Shown here piece after piece: positions 1 to 10,820 of a DNA stretch of 64,000 nt. Each line of letters opens with the position of its first letter. Within the stretch, counting starts at the first letter, position 1. The position numbers and the translations under genes are program-made. Source of the stretch: Klebsormidium nitens (Eukaryota; Plantae; Klebsormidiophyceae). The notes beneath the pieces were generated by a model, which was not told where the DNA came from, made no database searches, and worked only from the letters and a program-made list of their open reading frames with translations. The DNA lies in contig DF236981.1 in NCBI GenBank assembly GCA_000708835.1, positions 1-64,000 on the forward strand, in the 5' to 3' direction.

Positions 1-532
1 GTCACAAGACCGCTGTGGTATAGTGTGGGGAAGATACTCCATCACATTTTGACACAGTTTTCCATAGTCTTTCCAGACCTCACTTTCAATCTGTGTAGTG
101 CCACAAAAACCTTTCAGACTGTCAATCTCTGCGAGATGCTGGATGTTGTGAACTTCATCCCTCAAACCTGCAACAACAAGATCACTCCACATCATTTTGG
201 AGAGGATAGATTTATTCTTGAAACCAGGCACCAAAGTATAGTCATGAAAAGCATCGGCAGTGTCGCTAGACATACCAACCTGAGAACTTACCTTCAATGG
301 CTGCTTTGACTCTAGCAGAAAAACAATTGCCTCCTGGTTCCTTGGATGGATGCATGAGGGCGGTGGATGTGCCAGCCACTTGCACCTGAACAATGTACCA
401 GAAATGTAAATAGGATAAAAACACTACATTAACTGCAGTAGATATTTCTACACCTGGTGGAATAGTATTCTGCATATCTAGATGTACATACTTTCCATGA
501 GCGGAAAAGGCCTACCAGAAAATCATCGGAAA
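1..532 (-). CDS. Partial spliced gene of unknown function running off the left edge (exons 532-492, 385-292, 167-<1)
   Basis: Three phase-compatible exons with GT-AG introns of 106 and 124 nt give ...SDDFLVGLFRSWK|VQVAGTSTALMHPSKEPGG...AAIE|GLRDEVHNIQHLAEIDSLKGFCGTTQIESEVWKDYGKLCQNVMEYLP..., open to base 1. No family recognised and no start found. Confidence 0.4.
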
Positions 533-833
533 CTGGATGTAACAGAAAAGCTCAAAATGTTGCACAATGGGCGGCACCAGAATCTGATGAATGTAGCAAG
601 CTTTGTTCTACAGCATGTATTGTTTCCGGTAGATTGCATGTCACCTGCTACTATGCTGAGCTGTTAACCCCTTCGGCGTCAAGCGCTGCGAGCGAGCAAC
701 AGGCACGAAGCTCGCCGCTTCCTTGCTCATGACCTTGACTGATCAGTGGCTAGAATGTTATGTTCCGTTATATGGCTCTCCGCAGTCACTTGACATTTAC
801 CGAACAACGAACGATTACCAACAAATACGGTTA

Positions 834-984
834 AAATGGCTTGAGTTTTGGCCAATCAACGTGCGACGATTGCCATGTCGCAGGGTAACGAATCAAAGAC
901 CAACAAATAGGGTTAAGACGTAGGACGATTGAAATGGCTTGAGTTTTGGCCAATCAAGGTGCGACATCTGCCATGTCTTAGGGT
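834..984. repeat. ~53-bp imperfect direct repeat (834-886, 932-984), each copy with a CCAAT motif
   Basis: aaatggcttgagttttggccaatcaa(c/g)gtgcgac...tgccatgtc..agggt occurs twice; CCAAT at 852 and 950; TATAAG at 1092. Confidence 0.85.
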
Positions 985-1111
985 CAAGTATAATTCGAGT
1001 CTCACGCGGACGGTGAAAATTCGTTCCGAGTCCATGGTTTACGACTCACTACGTCGGAGAGTTGCCCCACACTCCGACGAAGAGTTGCTACTATAAGAAG
1101 CTGCACGGTCT

Positions 1112-1175
1112 GCAGTTTGTGCTCATTCGTAATTCATCAGTGCAGCTTCGCAGTTTGTGCTCATTCGTAATTCAT
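1112..1175. repeat. 26-bp exact direct repeat
   Basis: gcagtttgtgctcattcgtaattcat at 1112-1137 and 1150-1175. Confidence 0.9.
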
Positions 1176-1305
1176 TGGTAAAAAAAAGCAGCAGCTGCAA
1201 GCACCTTCCATTTTCACAGTAGCGAGTCGGGTGTACGCTCACTTCATAATAACCACTCTCCCATCGCGCCATCCCCTCCTACCTCAAGAGCAAAGCAGCT
1301 GTCGA

Positions 1306-1416
1306 CGCGGTCTGATGGCCGCACGCGTGGACGACGCGGTCTGATGGCCGCACGCGTGGAGGGCGCGGTCTGATGGCCGCACGCGTGGAGGGCGCGGTCT
1401 GATGGCCGCACGCGTG
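1306..1416. repeat. 29-bp tandem minisatellite, ~4 copies
   Basis: cgcggtctgatggccgcacgcgtggaggg-type units start at 1306, 1335, 1364 and 1393, with no spacers. Confidence 0.95.
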
Positions 1417-1463
1417 AAGCTTGGTTGGCGTCCCGAAACGGCCAGAGGTACGGCCGCTCTGCC

Positions 1464-2701
1464 ATGACTCCGCCCAAGACCGGCGCGTCCGGATCCCAGC
1501 CTTCCGCTCCGCTCCCGTCCCCCAAAACTGCTGCTAACTCCGAATCATCGTAAATTCGGACGTCTCCGCCGCCGACCTCTTCGCCGTACTCCTGGTCCGT
1601 TCTGACGATCCTGTCGGATGCTTCTGCGTCCGAATCCGCCCTCTCGCTACGGGCCGCTTCAACCGGGTTCCCGGACACCGCTTCCCCCGCCATGCTCGAC
1701 CACCCAGCTGCGAGCTTCTTACAGCTCACCTGCACAGAAGAACTTGCAACCATTCATCTCGTGCTTCATTGCACGGTCAGTTATGCTGAAAAGTGGCCAA
1801 GTATGCATTGACTGATCCGCTGAGTTCTTCAAGCCCCTCCTACCCGCTTATGTGCGACGGCTCATCGAATAATACTTCGAAAAACAAACCCACCGATCGC
1901 ACTTGCCCACGTCAACTTCGTGCTCTATTCAAACCATAGACACAACGTAAAACCCCTAGACCAGCTTCCAGTGAGGACTTCGACGAAACAAGCGGCCGCC
2001 GTCTGAAACAGGTCCACTGCGTAGAACTATCTCTCGGTACATATTCCTCATCACCCTGCTCGTATTTGTAACCCTAATTCGCCACAGAACGCATCAGCCG
2101 GAAAGTCAGCCAGATTATAAAGAGGCATGCACCACAACAGGACCCCCACACCCCGTCTCCGGCCGAACGAAACCTTCCCACATCGTGACCCCCTTCCAGA
2201 GAAACGATCTGCAACACAGTGAACACCCACATCCGAACCATAAGCATGAGACGAAGCACTCCTGCGCTACCATGCATCCAGATTTGCCCACATGTCTTTC
2301 AACTTTCCAGCACAAACAAAGCTCGCCTTACCTTTCACAGAATCAGACCAAATCACATCACAACCCTCTCTTCATACCATGACAGCACGCCACGGCAAGC
2401 CTCGCCACCTGCTGTTGATCTGACATTTGCACACCTTGTTACATAAGCCAATAGGTGTAATTTGCATGAAGATGGCGCGCATGCTGCAGCTTGGCACAGT
2501 TACATATCGGCGCCGTACACCCCTCCGTCAGCGCAGACGAACAGCAAACTTGGCTGCCTTCTGACAAAGAACTATGCAGATCGGCGAGCGTTGCCGCCTC
2601 TTCCGGCGCCCATTCTGAAGATGATCATAATGACAACATTCGATCTTCAATCGTCAGAACGCCGCGCGTTTAAAGAGCTTCAAGGAGTGCCAGAGAGATA
2701 A
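1464..2701 (+). pseudogene. Probable decayed spliced orphan gene
   Basis: The frame from ATG 1464 has one stop (TAA 1551) before a possible donor at 1776. After an acceptor at 2087, one frame runs 2090-2701 (204 codons) with only two internal stops (2186, 2444). No family recognised. Confidence 0.3.
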
Positions 2702-2848
2702 GGCTTGAGTTTGCAACAATCGCCAAACCACGCCCGCGCCCGATTTCCTGCCGTACAATTTAACGTCACACCGGTTTCTAAGACTAACACTCTATTCACA
2801 ATTATAAGTTCTTATCGTCCACGCTGCATGCACTTCTAATTCAAAATA

Positions 2849-4787
2849 TCAGGCCATCGTCTTCTGCCGTTTACCACCGTCCGAAACGCCGTCATCGAAG
2901 CCGACACCTCTTGTCCACGTGGCTTCTACCAGCTGACTGATCCACCACAAGTGCTCCTCCTTCGCGCTCTCCATGCGCTGTTGCACCGCCGGCTCGCTCT
3001 TGCGCGCGCGCGCCTGTGCGCGCTGCCGCTCGCGCAGTACCCATGCCGGCTTCAGGTTCATGTCCTTCATGTGATCATGCAGCTTCTCAGCCTGCAGACA
3101 TTGAAAAAAACAGCTTCGTTCTGCAGAACAACACAACAGAGCCCCAGCTTCGACCGCATCGGGCGGCGGGATTATAGATTGAATCCCCGTCCGCGCGCGG
3201 GCGCGCGCGCTGTCACCGCTCCGATAGCCTTACCTGCTCCTGCGTCATCATCTGAAGCAGCGCTCTACTGATGCCCCAATAGTCGTACAGGTCCCGCATT
3301 GTCCACATGCTAGCTCCACATCCATGATAGCGTTCTTTGTAGAAGAACTGGTCGCACAGTGTCAATCTCTTGTCTTCCGTGCCCTGCCGCCACTCACTCA
3401 GCATTTCTTCGATGCATCCTGCAATGAAAGCATACACATAGTTGCTCGTTTCGTGTTTCTGATATCATCAACAGAACGAAAACAGCGCCCAACACAACCG
3501 AATTCTGGCTGACTGGTGACGTACAAATCAGATTATCCGTTGACCAGAATCCAAATTCACTGCTCCAACTCGCTCACCCTCTCAGGACAATTGTCTGATC
3601 ACCGTGATGAGATTCCTGATCCACCTCACTGTAGACACTCCGAATGGCTGGCTCAACTTTCCATGCTGGCACAGTATGATGGCCAACTTCAGAATCACCT
3701 CCCACCCTTCAGCAGCCAAAGACAACCTAGCGCAGAGGTTTACAGTGAAAAAGATGAAGTCTTCCGCTTCATCACTGTCCAGCACCGCCGTGGCTGTCAA
3801 GAAGTATCTGAATAAGAATGAACAGCGCCTCTCCTCAAGCGTAGCGCTATCTGATGCAGTGCATGCGAACTTCCCCGCCCAGATTCTCGTCAGCAAGTAG
3901 AATTTTCTGCTCTGTACAATCAGCCCTGGCAGGCCATAATGTCTGTTGATCGAGCTAGCTGACGGCACGAACAGAAGGACGTAATTGAAGAAGTTATTAA
4001 AGGCGCCCGCGCCCAAACAAACAAAAGCCATGCAAGCGCCTCCCTGTGTCTATGGCAGCCCAACTCTTAACAGATCGTGCGCCTTGCACAGCAAGCCGAT
4101 GCTTCGCAGACCATCGAGGCCATTCACACTCACCATCAGCGATGTATGCTCCGTCGTGCTCATCCATGAAGGCGGCCGCCGCGAGTTCCGCCGACCGAAC
4201 GAACCGTCGCAAGTCGGCGACATCGACGAATCCCGCGTCCACGTCAGCCCGCTTCGCCCCTAAGCTTAACAGGATAATACGCTTGCACGGGGAAGGAAAA
4301 GTCAGGGGACACTGCTCCAGATAAGCACGTCCGGTCTTCCGGCGCGCCAGGCTTCCACCACCAACTGCGACTGACTTATCTGCACAGTGTCAGCCATCCT
4401 CTAAAGCCTCCTGTACGAATACCACCTCATGTCGAACTCTTCGATCATGCGCCAGAAACTTTCCCCCCTCAGCACTTTGTACTCGAACAAGAATTGCAGA
4501 AGATCTCGTAGTAGCTGCCACTCCGAGGGCCCCGCGCCTGCGTAAAGATCCAAGTGCACGATCGCTGCGTCCAGAGTCGCACACAAGCACTGCTTCGAAT
4601 AGACACGACCGCGCACCAGCCGTAGCAGAAAATGTTCCCGCGCCGTCCGGCCCCGCTCGTGCTTAGGAAACCGCTCACTGATCCAGAAAAACCGCTCAAC
4701 GGTGTCCAGCCGCCAGCCCCTTACAATCGCCCTAAACACGCGATCTCCCACCAATCCAGGGGGCAGTTGAAAACCTTGGAAGCGCAT
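2849..4787 (-). pseudogene. Spliced orphan gene with premature stop codons
   Basis: Phase-consistent exons ~4259-4134, 3958-3578, 3418-3234 and 3091-2849, with donors GTGAGT/GTGAGC/GTAAGG. In-frame TGA at 3584-3582 lies two codons before the donor. The upstream frame 4787-4401 ends in TAG but reads on in frame (RMADTVQ...). Confidence 0.55.
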
Positions 4788-5267
4788 CTTATGACATGCG
4801 CCTATCCTCGTAGCACTTGTCCTCCTATTTTATGCAGGCGTAATGAACGCCACGAAGCTTCCCTAAAAGGACTGCCTCGTCCTTCTCTCATGGCCTTTTC
4901 GAATAGTGTGATCCGTACCTCGTCACCAAGCATCAACATCATGCACGACCACCATTAACGTACACTGTACGGATTGGCGACCTCGTGAATGCCAGCGTGC
5001 AAACAGCGCCGAGCATGCACGGTACTCAAAACAGCGCGGCAATGACTCACCAAAGCGCCGCGGCGGCACGCCTGTCCGTGCACGCGGTTTCCAGCTGTAC
5101 GGACATGGTCGTACAATTACCATGGTATCGGCCCAAGGGAAGAAACCGCAACAGGAAATAAAGAATATGAACCCGGTGCACTAAAGACCACAAATGCTCG
5201 CCCGCGCTCGTGAAGCAGAACCGCCTCTGCGAATCGGATCTCGGCGCCCCCGTCAGCAGCATCCGCC

Positions 5268-6577
5268 ATGGCGAGAATTAGGCGCCAAACGCTGCTGTCG
5301 TTGAGACAAGATGAGCTGCGGCAGCTGCTGTATCGAGCAGCGCTCGCATGCACTGACGCGTCCTACGTTCAGGAGAATCCACTCGTATTTCCCAGCCAGC
5401 GCCAGCGCACACTGCTCTTCAGAATGGGGGCTGACAGGGGTCGTGTGGAAGCCGGCTTCAACAGCAGGCAGGAATTGCAGCAGTTCTTCGACGAGACTCG
5501 AGAACACCTGATACAATTCAAAGCTGCTCACCGGCCAGGAACCGGCATCGCACACGGTGAGTATCATCCCTGACTTAAATGCCGCTGTGGATCTTATGAA
5601 CGTCAAACAGTCCTCATTGCAGAGGTGGATCATCTCCACGGCAAACCAAGGATAACTCTAGATGTCGTCTTTCTACAAAGAGCATGTGAGGAGATTGCAG
5701 AAGCAAGCTTCGTAAAGTTCGATCGTAGGATTTCACTGCTACTCAACCACCAGCTGCCGGCACCCTGACGAGATGTCCGTAATAATCTCTCATAAATCTT
5801 CATGATAAGCAGCTGGTGTGAATGCGCGATTACAGCGACCATCGTCCACTGAACTGCGCCACGCGGTCGCCAGATATTCTCAGCGAGACCCTGAGCGAGG
5901 TTATTAACATCGCTGCCATTCACCAGGTATAAATAACCAGTCATCCGCAAATACAACGCGATCCTCCTGAAATCATTGACGATCGCAACACAGGTATCAT
6001 CCGAGAGGTTCTTCGCACCTGGGCCCCACCGGGACACAAGCTCCAGACGCTACGCGAGCAACATTATGCAGTCCTTCTGGGCCCCTGCAACATGACCATT
6101 TGGGTCCTCCGCCAGCTGCTGGACGTGTACGGCGTGTCCGGCGCCTGCCTCCAGAGGATCCGCGAGCAGTCAAGGGTACGTGATCACTACGTGGTGGTAC
6201 TCCACTATTCCTCTCAACACGAACATGCGGGCCGAGTCAAAATGAAAAAGCGCCTCGCTCTTTCCTCGCTCTGACAACCTCCAACCGTTGCAAGCTGATC
6301 ACGTTGTTATAATCGCGCAGGCAGAACGACTTCTCCTTATCGCTCTGACAGCCTCCAACCATTATAAGCTGATCGCGCTAGTAACTTCGTGCAGGCAGAA
6401 CGACTACTGGAACATCTGCGCACGCTCCCAAACAACTCCCCCACCGAGGTGCTCGGGCGCCGACAGGCCGCGCGGATTGCCGCCAGCCGCAACGATCCCG
6501 CCGTGCGCGCGCGGATTGCTGCTGCCCTCGACCGTCAGACGGCCGCCATCACCGAGCTGGTCGAGTTCTTGAACTAG
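5268..6577 (+). pseudogene. Spliced orphan gene with premature stop codons
   Basis: Exon 5268-5556 (donor GTGAGT), exon from 5623 in matching phase (TGA 5766), protein-like frame 5837-6175 (...GIIREVLRTWAPPGHKLQTLREQHYAVLLGP...) broken by a single TAA at 5930, and last exon 6395-6577. Confidence 0.5.
6266..6405 (+). repeat. 74-bp-period tandem duplication spanning a 3' splice site
   Basis: tcgctctgaca.cctccaacc....aagctgatc.cg....gcag|gcagaacgact at 6266-6331 and 6340-6405. Confidence 0.85.
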
Positions 6578-7350
6578 TCAAGGAACAATGAAACGGAGCA
6601 AGCAACTCGTCTAATTACGAATCGGCTGAAATAATACTTGTATAAGAATCACACAAATTGCTGCTGCTCGCGGCCGTCAAACGGCCGCCATCAATTAGAT
6701 ACACAACTTATGAAAACAGTCCAATAATAAGAAGATGAAGCGATACAACCTGACCAGATTCGAGTCGACTAAAGGATTATTTGTCAACGAACAGCGCACC
6801 CAGTGTACGGCAGTCCTCGACCATCTCATAACGTGCGAACGGTACATTATCATAGTATCCTACTGCACGCTTATGGAAATTGTTCATTTGACATCTCTTT
6901 ACATCCGTCATTCCAATGCGCATGATGATAACACTCTTCTTTTCGTGAAATACACGTAGCTCGTTGTCATATCAGCAAAATTCACACCATGATCAGGCGC
7001 CTGTACAGCGACTGAAAGTAATTTTATGTCCCTACTCTCAAAAAGTAAGCTACACATAATGTCCTCGAAAAAACTGCACTGCGCTCGAGTCCGCAGAACA
7101 CTATTCCACTGTCGCTTTTCCGCTCCCTCTGTATCCGTTTTCGCCTCTGGCGAAACCGCTCGCCGGCGCCACGTGTCGACTGTACAAACGGTTAACGGCT
7201 AACGGCTAATAGCTAACTACGATCGTTTCCGTTCCGTTGCCCCCACGGTCGCCGCCCCCCGCTCGTTCCGGTCGGCCATGCCGCTCACCCCTGCCCGCGC
7301 GCGCGGCCGCCTCGGACGCGCCCGCGGCCCTGTCGAACGGCCGCCGCACC

Positions 7351-8490
7351 TCAGAAAAAGACCCCGAACGACAGATCGTCCCGCTTGATCGCCCGCAGGA
7401 ACTCTGCTTGATCCCCATTCAGGCCGCTCAAAATCAAGGTGCTCAGGCTCTCCTTCTCCAGCAGCGGCGCCAGGGTCGCCAGCTCGACACCGCCGATATC
7501 TCCGCCGCCCTCCAAGCCCAAGTCCAGAACCTTGAGCTCCTTCAGACTGCACAGGCACTCCACGATCTCGTCCAGGCCACTGTCTTCGACCGTGCCCACG
7601 TGGATCATTCCAGACAAGCTCGCATATTTCAAATAGGGCGCCTGGCAGGCGATGCTGCGAAAGGTGTCAATGAACAAGTCCGCGTCGCTGCGATAACTGT
7701 GATTGTGCCCAAAGACCGACAGCCGCTCCAGGTTCCCCATTATCGGCCACGGCTCCCCAAAAGTCTCCCCTTCGACCGTCGTCTCCTGCAACACCTGGTA
7801 AAGCCCTTCCTCGCCGATCATCTGATCGGGCGAATCTCTGTCCACGATAACGAGCTCAGTGAGGTTCGGGAACACAAATGGCTGCACTATCGAATAAGCC
7901 TCGCAGACCATGTCGAGCTTGAGATACCGAACGGACTCCCCTCCTCGAATGCTCTCCATTGAGAACATAGGAACACTGTTCTTCACGAACAAGTTCACGG
8001 GCCCCTCGCCGAGCTCAGCCAAGAAAAGCTCAATCCCCTTCCAGAGATCCGGGGCAGCGTCGGATCCGCACGACGTAGCGCCCACCTCGAAGCCGAGCGC
8101 GCGCAGAGACTGCCCGTTCTTGCCCACCAACAACAGGGCGTCTGCCAAGGCGATCTCGTCCTGCCAGATGTCGTCATGCACGATCATCAATTCCTTCCAG
8201 ACGACCCTGCACAAGCCAGCTGATTTCACTACATTCAAGAGAGACGTATGAATCTTGAGCACCTCCAGCGACTTGTACTCATCGCAGAAGGAGAAGCTCC
8301 CGTTCTGCTTGCTCAGGCACCTCTCAGGATCCACCAGGCAGAGGCTCTTTGCATTCGCCCTAAAGTGCTGTAAGAAACTGCTGCACACCCACTTCGCGTG
8401 CCGCCGGTAGTCCTTAGGGCTCTTGTTCTTAAACTTGTCAAGTATGACGTTCACGAGATCGAGCGGCATACGCGCGAATTGATCCGCCAT
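7351..8490 (-). CDS. Intronless F-box-like / leucine-rich-repeat (RNI-like) protein, 379 aa
   Basis: Uninterrupted ORF from ATG 8490. N-terminal MPLDLVNVILDKF..PKDYRRHAKWVCSSF resembles the F-box consensus; LRR-like units FPNLTELVI, GNLERLSV, PYLKYASL, KELKVLDL, ESLSTLIL. Confidence 0.7.
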   Translation of the reverse strand: MADQFARMPLDLVNVILDKFKNKSPKDYRRHAKWVCSSFLQHFRANAKSLCLVDPERCLSKQNGSFSFCDEYKSLEVLKIHTSLLNVVKSAGLCRVVWKELMIVHDDIWQDEIALADALLLVGKNGQSLRALGFEVGATSCGSDAAPDLWKGIELFLAELGEGPVNLFVKNSVPMFSMESIRGGESVRYLKLDMVCEAYSIVQPFVFPNLTELVIVDRDSPDQMIGEEGLYQVLQETTVEGETFGEPWPIMGNLERLSVFGHNHSYRSDADLFIDTFRSIACQAPYLKYASLSGMIHVGTVEDSGLDEIVECLCSLKELKVLDLGLEGGGDIGGVELATLAPLLEKESLSTLILSGLNGDQAEFLRAIKRDDLSFGVFF

Positions 8491-9436
8491 AGCGCCTCGT
8501 CTAAAGTCCCCACAAACAGAAGGAGCGCCCCGTCGGAAACTTGCAGAATCGCCCACTTGCTAAGAAGCAGCTTTGCAAATGACCAAACTGGGAATGACCT
8601 CAAAAACAACAGCCCTCGACTCGGCCACTCTCGGACAGCGGTCGCGCCGCGCCGCCGCGCGCCAAGCCCAGTCATCATGTTCAAGCTCGTACATAAGTAT
8701 TGGCCCGCCGTGCTGGACGCATGCAACGAGTCCGTACGAGCTTGTCGCGCGCCGCAACGAAGATCATCTAAAACCGCGCGCCCGATGCCCACGTGAACTT
8801 TGATGTCGGCCTCTTCGAAGACACCGCACTGTCAGCATCGTACGCTTGCATGCATGCACGTCTTGATCAAGAAGTACAAAATGCGGTCACGTCGAACAGC
8901 CCACCTCATGCAAGCCGACCCCAACGAGCTTCCTGTTCGTAATGGCGGCACTCAGTCTCTTGTTCAAAGAGCCCAAACTCCGTTGAAATCTTCCTCTTTC
9001 CCTGCAAGACTGTGCGAAACAAAGGCGCCCGTGGCTTGGCCTTCCTCCGCCGTGCAAAGTGCTGGTGATGCGCGTGGCGGTGCGTCTGCTGAAAGAACCA
9101 CTTGCGGGCGGCGCTGCTGGTGAGTTATTCTCATCATATGGCTGCTCGATCGACCGCGCAGCTGATGAGACCTACCCACATGCTCGACCCTGAAATCGTA
9201 GAACAAAATGAAGCCATTGTGAAATATCCTGCGGATTTCTGTCGGCCCATTAAAGGATCGAGCTTCACTTCCGCCCCTTCCTTCTCGTCCAAGCACAATC
9301 TGCCGATTCTCAGCCTTGCTGCAATACTTTGCCGGCCCTTCCGAATATGATTATATGAAAACGTGATTCACGCAGTGCGTAGTTCGAAAGCTTCTCGTTC
9401 CTATTAAGACCGTTCTAAGGCATCCTGCGAGATTGT

Positions 9437-10690
9437 TTCTTCCCTCTCTATACGTGGACTTCGCCCCACCCCCCCTCCCCTTTCTCGTCGAATTGTAGAA
9501 GACCAATGCCGTGAAGTCTCCGTAGACGCGCCTCGCCCTTGCTCGCCGAGAATTTTTACAAATAAGCCAAAAAAACAGCCCACAACAACCAGAACTGCTT
9601 ACGGACTTGATGTCATCCTACTGGGCCGAGCCCAGGTCTAATGACTCACTCTGATCCGTCCGTTCTGGCCATACCTTCCGAATATGTCGGCGTTTAACTG
9701 GTTATGCGTGTTGTAGCTGTCTCCCTTGCCGGGCGAGTGCAAATCCACACATCTCTACGACACCGCTGATACGTTTCAGACGCTCTGCTTATGATGACTG
9801 CAAACCTTGTCCTCCGGACAAAAATAGTTTGCTCTTAGGTCTGATTTCATTCATGGTTTTTGTTCTGGTCGTGATGATCGGGATTCGCTCTCTTCCTCGA
9901 AAGCACATCTGTTTGCCCGGTCTGACACCTCCGATACGTTCCACATTCTAACGTTACACTGACGTCACCTTACATCTGGCACATCTAATTGCTTATTTCT
10001 TCATTTTTCAGTGTTTAGTCCCGTTCTCTCGTTCCTCTATATGTGGGCTTCACCCCACCCCCCCTCCCTTTTCTCGTCGACTTGCACAAAACCAATGCTG
10101 TGAAGTCTCCGTAAACGCGCCTTGCCCTTGCTCGCAGCGATCGACCCCACCTCACCGACATTGTATTTACAAATAAGCCAACAAAACAGCCCACAACAGT
10201 TAGAAGGCCAATACTGCGGAACTGGAACCCTTGTCGGCTTATTGTTATGTATCTGTTTGCTCGACATTCTGTTTCGATAACGGACGTGACGAACTTGATG
10301 TCGTCCTATTGGGCCGAGCCCAGGACTGATGACTCGCTCTGATCCGTCCGATCTGGCCATACCTTCCGAATATGTCGGTTATGATTGCTGTAACTGTCTC
10401 TTGTGCCGAGCGAGTGCAGATCGACACATCATTCTCTATGACACCTTTGACAGTTTTCAGACGTTCTAGTTATGATGACTGCAAACCTTGTCCTTCGGAC
10501 AAAAGTAGTTTGCTCTTAGGTCTGATACCATTTCATTTATGGATTCTGTTCTAGTCGTGCTGATCGGAGTTCGCTCGCTTCCTCGAGAGCACATCTGTAG
10601 GCCCGGTCTGATACCTCTGACGTCACTTTAAATCTGGCTCATCTAGTTGCTTATTTATTTATTTTCCTGTGTCTAGTTCCATTTCCTCTT
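9437..10690. repeat. Diverged tandem duplication of a ~0.6 kb non-coding unit (copy 1 ~9437-10023, copy 2 ~10024-10690)
   Basis: Colinear blocks throughout (ccccacccccctcc, gtgaagtctccgta, aaataagccaa, tgggccgagcccagg, atgatgactgcaaaccttgtcc, tgacgtcac). Copy 2 has insertions. A shared 13-mer ccttccgaatatg also occurs at 9337. Confidence 0.95.
9601..9925 (+). ncRNA. Putative box C/D-like (K-turn) hairpin RNAs, three per repeat copy (9601-9659, 9791-9844, 9871-9925; paralogues ~10291-10347, 10472-10525, 10557-10611)
   Basis: (R)TGATGA-like box C and CTGA box D pairs enclose hairpins, with U-rich spacers. The first unit has a 5-bp terminal stem (acgga/tccgt). I found no convincing rRNA antisense guide, and the units are short for snoRNAs. 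Confidence 0.3.
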
Positions 10691-10820
10691 TCCTGAAAAA
10701 TGCTCCCTCCAGCATCGTCACCTCCACCGTTTTCCAAGTGTACCTGAACCGCGCCACGCGGCCGCCTTCTCAGCCGCGATTCACGGCCCAATCTCGCGCT
10801 CCACCTCCTTGCAGGCGACC

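Noticed and set aside
660-920. piggyBac-like TTAA-CCC...GGG-TTAA ends, or TIRs pairing with ~13030
   Set aside because: No extended inverted complementarity between the ends and no matching target duplication.
1306-1416. CRISPR-like array
   Set aside because: Head-to-tail units with no unique spacers, in eukaryotic context; it is a minisatellite.
1244-1753. 169-aa minus-strand ORF as a real gene
   Set aside because: It runs through a 29-bp repeat that shifts frame, is antisense to an equally plausible plus frame, and matches no family I recognise.
5630-6037. 135-aa minus-strand ORF
   Set aside because: It overlaps plus-strand exons that have proper splice signals, so it is probably an antisense shadow; I cannot fully exclude it.
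8800-9350. Additional small gene between the F-box gene and the duplication
   Set aside because: One donor-like GTGAGT and short frames, but no consistent exon chain.
9791-9844. SECIS element or hammerhead ribozyme in the duplicated unit
   Set aside because: The ATGA-to-AAA spacing is too short for SECIS, and the CTGATGA at ~10326 lacks the downstream GAAA core.
9601-9925. Assignment to known rRNA-methylation snoRNAs
   Set aside because: The best complementarities I could recall were only 8-9 nt (CCTTGTCC, CTCTTAGG, CGTCCTATT) and were not properly positioned before D boxes.
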